A stretch of DNA of 64,000 nt from Camelus dromedarius. Its lineage: Eukaryota. Shown piece after piece: positions 1-11,900 of this stretch. Numbering within the stretch: position 1 is the first letter of the stretch; every line of letters starts with the position of its first letter. The stretch is taken from positions 9,426,001 to 9,490,000 of the forward strand of contig NC_087437.1 of NCBI RefSeq assembly GCF_036321535.1, written 5' to 3'. The notes below the pieces were generated by a model. The model saw nothing but the letters and a program-made list of their open reading frames with translations. It did no database searches and had not been told where the DNA came from. A program made the position numbers and the translations under genes.

Positions 1-65
1 ACGCTGCAGACATCCCCAGGATGTATTTATCTTACAACTGGCAGTTTGCACCTCTTGACCACCTC
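1..65 (-). mobile_element. L1 3' UTR fragment (truncated by window edge)
   Basis: atttatcttacaactggcagtttgcacctcttgaccacc resembles the antisense L1M 3' UTR. Confidence 0.5.
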
Positions 66-418
66 CCCCCCTACACACACCCCCGTCCTTTCCTGTAGAA
101 TTTAGAATCTCAAAACAAAGTGCACCGGGGTGTGGGGAGGAGATTTCATTTTCACCATTTGCCCTTTTATAATATTCTATTTAAAAACTTGTACCTGTAT
201 GACCTTTTCAAAAAATAGAAAATATTCTGTTGAGGGTATAGAAAGATTTCACGTCTTTCTCAGCCCCTGGGGTTCTGTGGACCCCACCCCCCCTAAAAGT
301 TCAGACTATTAATTGATAAGAAAAAAATCGCCCTACCTATGGTATATTGCATGAAGTACCCAGGATGAAGTCAGGGATAGAGAAAATCACTATTGCATTT
401 CGCAAAGTTTGCTGTATT

Positions 419-490
419 AAGCAAGCAAGCTAGCAAGCAAGCGTGAACACACACACAAACACACACACACACACACACTCACTCACACAC
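419..490. repeat. (GCAA)n followed by (CA)n microsatellite
   Basis: Seen directly. Confidence 0.9.
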
Positions 491-881
491 AGGCGAGGCC
501 CCTGGGAACGGCTCCTGCACACAAGCTCACCAGCTCTCACCGCCATGAGCATTATTTGGAAGCCTTGATTTCAGAGCACTGCATGTTCCATGAACAAGGT
601 TTTCTACCTCCTACCCTTGTGCAGAATTTCTGGAAGGGAATTGCACCCTTCCCAGCTCTTGGCCTCAGGCCCCACCCACAGCTGGCTGCCCGGCATGCAA
701 GCCGACACCAGGGAGCCCTGCTTGGGTGCTGGATCACTTGTTAGTTTGTTGTCTGCTTCAGAAACTCTCCGCTCTATCTGAAGAGCAAAAATGTGCTTCC
801 AGACTTTGGATTTCCGAGGGTGAGTTTACTCAAGGTCATTCCAAACAGTGTGGCAGGAGAGCCTGTCCTAGGCAGCGCGAC

Positions 882-1075
882 ACTTGGGGTCTGAACCCGC
901 CCGACCACAGACCACCAACCTCCTTGTTTAACCTCTCTGTACTCGTGTTTCCTCACCTGCAAAAAGGGCATACTGATCATTCTTCCAACACAGGCTGTGA
1001 GGAGGATGCATTGAGCCGATGCACAGAGAACACTGGCTGGCAGGGACCAAAGCACTTAAGAACCTCAGCTATTTT
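882..1075 (+). mobile_element. MIR SINE
   Basis: Core tttaacctctctgtactcgtgtttcctcacctgcaaaaaggg...caggctgtgaggaggat. Confidence 0.7.
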
Positions 1076-1683
1076 TAGTAGCTAGAGTGCTGCCTTGCGG
1101 GGCAGGGTGACTTCCCACTATCTCAATTTACTAATCTGGAAGCTGAGGCTCGGGGCCATTCGTCCAGATTCACACCAATAAATCAAGACTTGCCTTGTAA
1201 GTCGTGATCTGAGCACTGGTACTAGCCAGATACGTGCATTTACCAAGCACTTGGCCTCTATTTTCCTGACTATGAAATGGAGACTTCAACTCCATGTATC
1301 AAACCGCATAGCAGAGATGGGCCCAGAGACAGAAATCTCCCAGCTGTGCTCCCAAAATGGACCCTTGTGAACGTATGACTGTGTCGGACCCCTTCTGCAA
1401 TCACTGACACTCAAGGAAAGCAAGAGTAGCTTCTGCTTTCTTGTTCATTTGTTTTCTTGTCTAAAATGCTAGTGGGCAAGCAGTTCAGGCCCAGGAACCC
1501 CTAGTGTGGAATAATTTGCTGCGTGTAGCAGTCCAACTAGTCATAACAGAAAGACAAAAGTGCACTTTGCTTTGCACGAAACAGTCACATACCTGGCTGA
1601 CGAAATGCTCTGATAAATGGACGGCATCTGACAGGTGAGCGAATTGGCTTTCCCAGGTGACGACACACACAGCCAGCCTTTCG

Positions 1684-1785
1684 CCCAAGACCAGCCAACT
1701 GAGCATGCGCTATTCTTTCCGCCCAAGACCAGACAACTGGGCATGCGCTACTCTTCACCCAAGACCAGCCAACTGAGCATGCGCT
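1684..1785. repeat. Tandem repeat, 3 copies, 36-38 bp period (CCCAAGACCAGCCAACTGAGCATGCGCT...)
   Basis: Copies start at 1684, 1722 and 1758. Confidence 0.95.
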
Positions 1786-2477
1786 TCCAAACCTCAGGGC
1801 TCCGCTGGAAATTCACCCGTATTCAAGACAGACGCCCATGGCTTGACAGCACACTCAGTAAACCCTTAGGATCCCAGTGTCCATATGCCAGGCTCTGAGC
1901 TAGTGTGTGAGCTAAAGTTTTTCTTTTTCCCTGTCCACGGGCATGTTAGTGGAAGCCGCCCTGTCTGTGTGCGTGTTGTTTTTAGGCGACCGATTGTTAA
2001 GACAGCGATGGGTCAGGAGATGGAGGGGACGGTCATTAGTTGCGGCCACCCTCATCAACTGTTACCCAGCTCAGAAAAACACTAATGGATAAACAAGGTC
2101 AACAGGAACACAGAGGGCCAGTTCACAGAGTCCCAAGGTGGCTGAGCCTTTGCCAGGCCTTTCTTCCCCTAAACAAGAAACAAAAATCATTAGTATTGAT
2201 AGTCCGGGTAAGCAAGCCGCACACGGCGTGAAGAATGACCACCCAGGCTTGCCCGTCAGATCTGAGGACAGCAGGTGAAGGACAAGCTGCCCTGTCTGCA
2301 CAGAGATGGGGCTGTAAAGATGATCTGTGACCCATGACACTCGATCTTTGGGGCGTTTCTTCTTTTCAGTAATGGAGGTTGAGTGCTGAGTCAGGTCAAC
2401 ATCGAGTGAGAATGGACACTGTGACAGCAGGTCCAGTGCCCTGCGTACACCAGCTAATTCAATCCTTATCATTATTC

Positions 2478-2605
2478 TAGGAAGTTTCATTTACTACTCT
2501 TGTCTCATAGATAGGGAATCTGAGGCTCAAAGAAATCAAGTCACTTGCACAAGTTCTCCATGGCCGGGAACTTGGTCTTGAGGTTTGAAGCTAGGATTCG
2601 AACTT
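2478..2605 (-). mobile_element. MIR SINE
   Basis: atagatagggaatctgaggctcaaagaaatcaagtcacttgcacaag is the antisense MIR core. Confidence 0.65.
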
Positions 2606-2619
2606 GATACAGTGAAATG

Positions 2620-2731
2620 AAGGGGGACAATTCATCCCAGTCTGTGTGAGACTAGCTTTATTTCAGCACCACAAGTCCCACATTCTGGGAACCTTCTGTC
2701 TCAGGCGAAAGTGGGGAGATTGGCTACCCAA
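2620..2731. mobile_element. MER81-like hAT MITE
   Basis: ttcagcaccacaagtcccacattctgggaacc...ggagattggctaccc resembles the MER81 consensus; size ~110 bp fits. Confidence 0.5.
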
Positions 2732-2854
2732 AGTGGAATTCTAACCGTGGACCATTCAGTATCTTGTACAACAGGAACAGAGAAACTTAGGTTAGAGAAG
2801 TTGACCTGATTTTCAATATCAGCAGAAATCCATCACTCAGCAAAAAGATCTCTA

Positions 2855-3020
2855 AAGACTTACTCCTTAAAGTGTGGTCAGTAGTCAGCAGCACCGACAC
2901 CTCCTGGGAGCTCATCTGAAAGGCAGACTCTCAGGCTGCACCCCAGACCTACTGAATCAAGATCTGTGTTCTAATATCATCGGGGGGGGGGGGTATTGTC
3001 TGAACATTAAATTTAAAGGC
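2855..3020. mobile_element. MER5A-like hAT-Charlie MITE
   Basis: aaagtgtggtc...cagcagcacc...gcagactctcaggctgcaccccagacctactgaatca. Confidence 0.7.
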
Positions 3021-3383
3021 ATGATTCTAAAATCCTTTCTAGAACTATATGCCACTGTGATCCTGAATCAGCTAAGCATAGCATGAATCTCTTTTGGATA
3101 CCAGCTCTAGAAACAGTCCCAAGGATAAGGGAGGGGGGGGCTCACCCCTAAAGACGTCTACTTTGGAACCAGGGGGCAGCACAACGCAGCTTGTAATCAG
3201 GTCCAGATTTCACACTGTCGGCTGATTTCTTCAACAGAGGTGGTGTGTTGAGAGGAGAGAACACAAGTTTAGGACTCAGACTGACCTGAACTGGAGTCCT
3301 GACCTGCTGCATCGGTGACCCAGCAACCTGGGGATTCCTGGGGAGCAGGGCACACTCTGTAAAGTGCTTAACATTACCCTTCT

Positions 3384-3563
3384 CAGTGGTTCTCAGTCTG
3401 GCTGTCCTTCAGAAGCAACTGAGGCAGTTGAAAAGGTTTAAAAGAAATGCAGATGCCTGGGCTCCAGCCCAGAGAAATGAGTTTAATCAGACTGCCTTGG
3501 AGCCTTGAGAAGAGCATGGTTTCCCAGAGGATTCCTTTGTGGAGCCAGGATTTAGACCCACTG
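3384..3563. mobile_element. MER5B-like hAT-Charlie MITE
   Basis: Termini cagtggttctca ... agacccactg; internal aaatgcagatgcctgggctcca. Confidence 0.65.
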
Positions 3564-5011
3564 GCCTTCCTCTTAAGGATGGTGTTGAGGTGCCAATGAA
3601 GTAATCACACCAGCCCCTGGCACAAAACAGGCATTTGGGCTCTGCGAAATTCCCCTCTTCTGTCAGTGGCGGCACGTCACCTGTCAGCACCAGGACTGCT
3701 CTCCACAAACGGGAGATGAAAAATTCTCTAAGGAAACCAAGAGGTCCCTAAAGTCTATGCCTTGGGCTTCTGCCTGTAGTGTTCTTACTTATTCAGCACT
3801 TTAAAGTTAGGAAAAACCAGGCAATGGTGCCCCCAAAGAACTAAGTTACCAGAAGTTAGTATTTGGGATCTTACACTTTTTTTTTTTCTTTTTCAGGGAA
3901 AAAGAAAGTTTTTAAGTAAGTAACTTCTAATGCACCATTTAACTGATAGAGCTTCCTTACGACATGGCTCCTAAGAATCCCCAAAGCCCTATAAGTTACA
4001 GTCCATGGATGATTCCTGGGGCAGCTACTAGAAACACGTGGCAGTGACCATGTGCCTTCCAGGTTGAGCACCATAAGGGCATCTTGCCCCATTTGTTACC
4101 TCTGCATTGTCTCAAACAAAGGCATCAAAAATTATAAACTGTCACCAGGCTTGAGACGCAGGCTTTGAGAGAGATACTAATAATTCCATACAGGAAGGAC
4201 AGAATGTTTTGCCTTAATTTTTTTTTTTTTTTAGTAGCAGTGCCAGTCAGCCAAAGAAATCAGTGTTTAAAAGTCGAGCAACCCATGGAAGGAGAGAGAG
4301 AAAAATCAATATCAAAGCCTTCTTTCCTTCCCAAGCACCTATTAATAAACTCCCTCTGCTTTCAATGTGTCTGTCCCCATTAGAGGCTCAGACAGCAAGG
4401 AGTGTGGGGCGTGGAGTCTTTCCAGAGATTTTCTGCCCTGCTCATTTCTCTCTCCTGCCTCTGCTTCCGCCATGTCACTTTCTTAGAGAGTAAGGACAAA
4501 GAACAGATTAGAAGTGGCCTCAGGGTACGTCTAACCCCGCAATACATCGGGCTGTTTGAGGAGGTAACTGAATGCCCCGGTCCTCAGTGCACTCAGATAT
4601 CTCTGCTGCAATGCTAAGTTGCACAGCTGAACAGATGTTTCAAACTGTGACTTTTTTCAAAATCTGCTCCTCTCTAACTCAGCTGGTTTTCACATCCTCA
4701 TAACAAGGCCCATTCGTGTGATGCAGATTATGAGGCCTGCTTCAGCATCTCACTGAATCTGTCAGACCTTCTCACCCATTGCAGAAAGGGAAAAACTGAC
4801 GCAGAGAGAGATCCGCAAATTTGTCCGATGCCACCGTAACCAGAACACGCCAGGAGGAGCTTAAACGGGGAGGACTGGTGAAGAATCCCTGAAAGCTCTT
4901 CAACTATCATCCTTTCCCTCCTCCCTGCATCTCCCCGAAGCAAACCTCTCGCTGATAACTGATGTCTGTTTGCAGAGACACTGTCTCATTTAAAGTGCTA
5001 ACTTACACCAG

Positions 5012-5480
5012 GTGTCAGATCTTCCTCCAGGTCCCTGGCCAGTTTGCCCTGAGATCTGTCTCTCAAATATTCCCTGGACTGTCTGGGTGCTGACATGAGC
5101 AAGGTACTGCCCAGGTTGGCCCTCTGCTCAGTTCCGCCAAAGAGAGGCAGAGGCATGCACTGGAGGGTGTGTGAAAGGGAGAAGTCAGCCTATTTCTCCA
5201 TCTCTCTGTGCCTGAAGCTGAATCCTTCCATCCTCAGTGTCTTAGGTCAGCCATGATTCCAGCCCCCACCAGGAGGCACTGGGTCCTGGCCTCCAGGACC
5301 CCATCTCTCATCTCCACATCTTACAACTACCAGTTTCTTGCTGTTGCCAATCTCTGGGCTGCCTCCCTACCCCTCATGTGGCTTCCAGCTCCTCTACCAC
5401 CCACATAACAAGTTAATTGCATTAAAGCCCTCCTTTGTGAATTGATTGGCATGGATCCTGTTTTCAGGTTTGACCCCAAA
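5012..5480 (+). mobile_element. Old ERVL-class solo LTR (LTR33/LTR16-like)
   Basis: Degenerate similarity; attaaa plus ctgttttc...gaccc 3' end. Confidence 0.4.
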
Positions 5481-5544
5481 AGGGAACTATCATTTTTTTT
5501 TTAATTTTATATTGAATCTAGAGGGGAAAAGCAAGAAAGAATCA

Positions 5545-5750
5545 AATTTTACTGATGGCTCATGGTGTACTTCCTGGGGCTTGGCACTTTCATACGCCTT
5601 GTATATTTTAGTCCTCAAAATAGAACTGTGGGAAACACATTACCACTATTCTCCTTTACACACACACAAAAAAACTGGATCTCAAAATGTGAGGGGACTT
5701 GCCCACGGATAAAGAGCCAGTAAGTAAAAGGGCCGAGATCCTAAAGTAGG
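5545..5750 (-). mobile_element. MIR SINE
   Basis: gaggggacttgcccacggataaagagccagtaagt antisense core. Confidence 0.6.
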
Positions 5751-6295
5751 TTGTTTTTTGCTTACGTGTCAGTCATAGAATTAAGGACCGAGTTGAGACT
5801 CCATCTTGAACAAATCCTGGAGAGAATGTCTTTGTAAATATCAAAGTTTGTCGCACAAATGACTTGTATTTTTTTTTTTTTTAATGACAAGCGTTGAGTT
5901 AAATAGTGAGACAGCAGGTATATACAACATATAATTAATATAAGCATATAAGCCTTAATAGCTAACAATGCCTTGGAAAACAGAAGCAGTAGAGAAAGCC
6001 TGGTTCCTGCCCCAGGCTGATTCATGCCTTTTAATTAGATTTTTTTTCTGATTATTAATTACTTGATGTTAAAAAAAAAAAAAGGCAGAATAAATAAAAG
6101 TCTGAATTATATTCAGACTGCTGGCATTAAGTGTGATTCCACAAAGTCAAAACACAAGTATATCTTGGATCTCAGTCATCTGTAGTCATTTCTTTAGCTA
6201 GCAGCTGGAATATTTTTTTCTAGCATTATTATGACAAATAATCTTCCATTCATAAAAATATGCCCCTATGCTCTGCTGTAAAGAGTAAAGACCAC

Positions 6296-6440
6296 TACCA
6301 CAGGGAACTCTATTCAATAGCTTGTAATAACCTACAATGAAAAAGAATATATATGTGTGTGTAACCGAATCACTATGCTGTACACCAGAAACTAACACAA
6401 CATTGTAAATCAGCTCTACTTCAATAAAAAGAAGAAAAAG
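6296..6440 (+). mobile_element. Young L1 3' end (5'-truncated)
   Basis: cacagggaactctattcaata...gctgtacaccagaaactaacacaacattgtaaatc...ttcaataaaa plus A tail; shared with other copies in the window. Confidence 0.9.
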
Positions 6441-6467
6441 AGCAAAAAGCACTAAAGTAAGCCTTAA

Positions 6468-6620
6468 AAGCACTGAATTGGAGTCTCGGCCTTAACATTT
6501 ACTGGCTGTGTGACCTTGAGAAAGTTGTTTCGGCCATCTGAGACTCAGAGCGCTCATCTAAAAATAGGAGTAATTATATTTTGCCTACCTCCCACAATGG
6601 GTCATTTTCAGGATTTAAAA
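6468..6620 (+). mobile_element. MIR SINE
   Basis: tttactggctgtgtgaccttgagaaagttg...ctcatctaaaaataggagtaat. Confidence 0.75.
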
Positions 6621-7219
6621 AAAAAAAAGCATAATGTAGGTGCATTTTTAAAAATACCAATTGCTATACAAGTGTAAGGGCCATTGTATTAAACTCTGTT
6701 TACAGTCATTATTGCCTTTTTCTCCTCTGAGCAATCTGCCACAGGTGCTCCCCCTCATCAGCAAAATGCAGGCCTATGAAAAAGGGAAGGGTGGAGAACA
6801 ATTTTACAAAAGCCTGGCAAACGGCAGTCAGCTAATCTCCATTTTTCTCAGCCAGAACAAATGGCAATTTTCCAGATGCATGGCCTTCCTGGGCATTTCC
6901 GGCTACTTGGACAGAAGGCAGTGCCTGCCTCTCCCAGCCTCCTGGGCAAGAGATGCCAACACCTGGGGCAAAGTCACTAAAACCATGCGTAGCTGCGAGC
7001 TGACACTGCGACTTGATAGACTGACACCGTGACCTGATGGACTGATAAACCAAATGCAACCCCACCATCTCAGGTGATGATTTCCTGTACTCTTCAGAAC
7101 TTTTTGAACACTGGTCTTACTAGTCTATAGATCTGTCCCTCTTCTCTACCCTCTGTGGAGTCCAATGAAGAAAGAAGTAAACCGAAACACAAAAAAATCT
7201 TGTGGAATTCCTCACATTT

Positions 7220-7565
7220 TGGCTTGTTTTTTGTTTGGGGGGAGGTAATTAGGTTTATTCGTTCAGTCATTCATTTAAATGGCGGTACAGGCTGCCCAGG
7301 AGAATAGTGACACTCTCCTGTGTGGATAGCTTTCTTTAAGATAAAGACACAATGTCCATCAGAAACCCCATGGACTTGCTCTTCCTTCAATATTATGTGA
7401 TGTATGTCCTGGTACATGTTTCAATGTTCCAAGGAAAAAAATTGTATTTTTATTTTCCATATTCATATGCCTATAAACTATGTCTGTATTCTAATACTCA
7501 TCTTGAACCCAGGATCTCATACATTCTAAGCATGAGCGATACCCCTGAGCGATACCCTCCCCACC
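7220..7565 (-). mobile_element. Camelid tRNA-derived SINE (Vic-1 type) interrupted by a ~210 bp insert
   Basis: Tail half at 7237-7288 and head half at 7503-7562 match the reverse complement of the copies at 32829 and 43642. TSD gaattcct(c/g)acattt at 7205-7219 and 7566-7580. Confidence 0.85.
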
Positions 7566-8886
7566 GAATTCCTGACATTTATCTAATGATCTAATTTCTA
7601 AGGACTAGTCCTTACTCTTACAGATTTGAAAAAAAAAAAAAAAAAAAAAAAAAGGCAGTTAATGTTTCCGGCTCCAAGAAGCGCATTTCTCTTGTCAATG
7701 CACATACAGGGAACAGTAGCCTTGAGGGTCCTCCGAGGAAGTGCATCCCCTTCCTCTCTGATCTCCAACATCCCTTCCATCTCGCACTGTCAGCACCTAC
7801 TGGCAAGTGCCTATGTGCCTGGCGCTGGGCTGAACGGGATGCTGAGGATACAGAGTCAACAAGACTTGAGCATTTAAAAAACCTCAGCCCCAGACGTCAT
7901 CCCTGCGCCCCAGACCCCACCTCCCACCAGGCGCAGTGCGCTTTGGGACAGAGAGCATTTCTCAGACCACCAACCCTGACCCTGACGCCGCTGCGATTTC
8001 CCCTCTGACCTTGGCCAGGTTACATTTCTCCTTCCTCCTCCATTTACAGAAATGTGATTATTGCAAGTGGGTAGAAAAGGGGGAAAAAAAAGAAAAGAAA
8101 ACTGAGCAGTTGGGAAAGGAGAAGGAGTTCATTGCATCCGACCCAGTGTTCTCATAGAAGTTCCTCTGCATTTAGAAGTTCTCTGCACTTCAGGTTTCAG
8201 AATTCAGAGGGTTGCATGGAAATGCCTTCAATTTTAAAGGCTGTGCAAACCTGGAGTTCACGTTCAACGAAGACCGACTTCCAGCTGCTTCATAACGATT
8301 TCAACACAGCAACAGAGCAGAGCGTCTGCCGATTTTCAACCCTAGCAATTTGGTTCAAGCATGATCTCAACCACTTTTAGCTTTGATATTTCTAGCCACC
8401 TCTTATGCTGTATTTTCTCTTAATGCCACCAATCATGTGTGAAATTCTGTTGCAAAACTAATCTTTGTGGGAAATGATATGTAATGACTTCTTTAAAGAG
8501 AGACAGAGAGAGAGAGAGGGCAGTGATTATGACCTTTGTTGTTTCTGACATGTTTTTCATAGTGTAATACAAGTGGAAACATCTCTTTCTCAAGGTCAAA
8601 GTAGAAATAGTTTTCTGCTTGTACAAGCATCACTGTTTCTTAAGCAGGAAAAGCCTTGAAAATTATCTTTATGGCTTGATTTCAAAAACCTCTAATGTAT
8701 ATAATGGTTGATAAACTTGAAAGCCCACTGTGCTCAGAAAAATAGCTTGATATCCATCTTATTCAATCAGTACTTTATGTTTTACCTTTCCAATGATGTA
8801 AAAAGATTTAAGAAGACACAAAAGACGGGAATGAGAAATCTTATTTGGGTATTTATACAACAAGGCACTATTTGATGATCCAGTGT

Positions 8887-8922
8887 CACACACACAAACA
8901 CACACACACACACACACACACA
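8887..8922. repeat. (CA)n microsatellite
   Basis: Seen directly. Confidence 0.9.
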
Positions 8923-11900
8923 TACATAGTAGCTAACATATCTTGTCTTACCAAGGGAGGTTTCAGTCAAAAGCAGCTATGACCAGATATTCTGCAGTGG
9001 AAGTCAGAAACCACTAATTTAAATTTTTCATTTGTTTTTTGGAACAATTATGCCACCCACAAAAGGGTAACTTTGCAAGTTGTCATTATCTCATGAATTT
9101 TGGAACTTATCCCTTAAATAAACCCATCTCATTTCCATATAATTACAGCAACTAAGAAGGTCCTGGGGAAAAAAAAAAAAAAAGAAAAGAAAAAAGTTTC
9201 GCTAGAAATGTAAGGGTCCTAATCAGGAATCCCTGTAACTGGCATCTTGATCACACTTGGGATTTAGTTCCTGACAATCAGAAAATTCGTATGAACTTGA
9301 AAGAGAAATGTCTTGAGGGAGTTCGCTTCGACTTCAGTTTCCCGCATAGGATGCTTTCTGACAATATTCACCTGTACTATTGTCCATCCCTGTTATGTAT
9401 TAATTTATCGCATGTCATTTAGATTCATTTGTAATAAAACACAGTGGTAATGACTTCAAACTTTAAAAAGAGTAATGTGGACTAACAGAGTCCTTCCTGA
9501 ATGATTCTCTCCCTCCGGCAGCCTCGGGAAATATAGTCCAGAGTGTTTGAGAGACTCCAGTGGACCTCATCCCTCATAGTACATCACTCAGTACAAGCTA
9601 ATTAGGACGCGTTAAATGTTTCCACTGAAAACGTAAAAAAAAGGAATGTTTTCCTCTGCTGCCTGCTGTTGTCTGCTCATTTCCTTCCTTATAACCTTGC
9701 CACTTAACTGTTTTTCTAATATCCCGCTGCAGAGGTGAAACTTGATGGTGCAGCCACAACCCAAAGAGTAAATGCTGACTTGAGAATGTTCTAAACATCC
9801 CGGGGGAAACACAAAGTCCTTCCTGTGACAATGTACAAACGTGTCCATTATAGGCAAGGGAACAGGCTTCTGGTCTAGAATTTTCCCATGAGATTTTTTT
9901 TTCCTCGCTGTTGTATTAAAAGCTTCCTCCACCAACTATTTTGTGTTGGGATAGGCACACCACTGAGTCTTTTTTTTTTTTTTTCTTGTTTTTCTAAGGC
10001 ATTTTAAAGAAGACAGCAGATCTACAATTAACACCACGCTGAACTTGAGTGGCTCATTCACGCTTTCTAAATTTTGATCGCCCTTTTCCCCAGGTTTAAT
10101 TAATATGCCATTAACTGTGGCGTTCAGAGGGAGCTCTGATCGTTGTCTCTGGGTTCTCTTCATTTGCTTAAGGTGTATCTTTCTTTCTTCAGCAGGATTC
10201 TCATGGAGCAAGCCCCGGCCCCTGCCTGGCTGTAAGTGCACTGTAGTCTCCATCGGGTTGATCTGCGGCCACACAGAATTTCCTCAGTGCCATCAGGCTC
10301 CGGTGATCTCTCCTGATGGCAAAGGGTTGCGACATGGCACCTCCCTTGGCCAACCGTGGACAATTTGTGAGGTTGGCATGACCGCTTGCAACCACTCACC
10401 ACTCCTGCAGTGGAGAAATGTGTTGGGCCAGATGGAAAGGGGGAGGTGATTCAGACATACTTAGAGCAGGAGACAGAGCATGGGTACCACCTTCTGCCAG
10501 GATGCACTGGAGCACAGCACCGCCCTTCCTCCCACACGATCCTCTGACCCAACTGTGACCAGGCGGCTTGGGGCAGGTGTGCTCACTGACAACCACCCAC
10601 AGCCTCTGCCTTAATCCGGGGGAAAGTCTCCCAGCTGCTGGCTTTCATTCCCGGGTACATTATTAATGGCGATTCATCCTCGGCACATGTAATTTTTAAC
10701 TATGTGAAATATTCATGGGGGCGGGGAGGGTGACTTCCTAAGTCCTGACGATTTTCCCTCGGCTCTTTGCAGTCGATCCCAAGCAGGTTGCTGACTGGGA
10801 TTTTCCTCTTCTTTCTCCCGTGTGAAACCTTGTTTCTAACTCCAAGTAATGAATGCAAGATCGATAGAATAAGTAACAAAAGTATCCACGGCGACTGAAC
10901 AGCAAACTCTTAAATCACTGCGCCTTGAGTGCAAATGAACAATTATTGAAAACGCTGCACTACAATTTCAATGGGAGATAAGAGGGAGGCTTAAGTCATT
11001 AAAAGGGTCCATTAGTCTTGTAAGTCGGAGACAGCACACTCAAAACATGAGCTGTTCTGGAGAACTGGAAATATTACATATTCCACCAACTTGCACACAC
11101 ACGGCTGACTCCAGCTGGGCAAGGATGAGGTCCAAGCGTCCAGCCCCTAAGAGGAAAGAAGTCTGCAAAGATGCAGAGGCTGGGCCAGCCTGTCCAAGCA
11201 ATGAGTCTTCAGTTATATTTGAAAGGAGGTGGAGAGTGAAGGGGGAGCAACAATGACAAATTAGATTATTTACAAGGGATGTAAATATCCTGCTTGCATA
11301 TCAATTCACTGCGTGTTACAGCATCACATGCTCTTCATCACTCCCTGCTGGGGACACAAATAAAAGACTTCTGACACCTCTACCCCATTCCCACAAATCA
11401 CCAGAAAAGCCCAAGAGTGCATTCTGGCTACCCCTTTGTCCCTCTTCTCCCTGACTCGATAAACCCTTTGCCGTTCAAAAACGAAGAAGAAAGTAACGAG
11501 CCACCAAACTGCAAAGTGAAAGCATTGTTTTGAAAAACTACCTGAAATAGCCAAAATTTAGGATACATAACCCCTCACACACACACAAATACACATATGT
11601 ACATATACACATACACAGTCTTAGAGATTTGCAATGTTAGAATGCTGTTGAATCTTAACATGCCTGGATTGAATCGTTCCATTCTTGCCCCCTCTCTTGT
11701 ACCACACATTTTATTAGAGACAGGTGGACTTCCAGAGTTCTGGATGTCAGATGGCTCGAGCGAGGGGCAGCATAACACAACCTGCGAGAAACAGTGTTCC
11801 TAAATACACACGATTTCCTCCAAGAATAGCAAAACGTGTGTCATGCCGGAATTATGATGAGACTGAACCGCGCTCATGACACAGAGGGCAACTTTAGCCT

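Noticed and set aside
1684..1785. CRISPR-like repeat array
   Set aside because: Eukaryotic context, linkers only ~8-10 nt and mutually similar, no cas genes; it is a tandem repeat.
3167..3181. CTCF-like motif gaaccagggggcagc
   Set aside because: Partial match only; expected by chance in 64 kb.
3683..3702. REST/RE1 site (gtcagcaccaggactgctc); weaker look-alikes at 2661 and 12985
   Set aside because: Wrong half-site spacing or too many mismatches.
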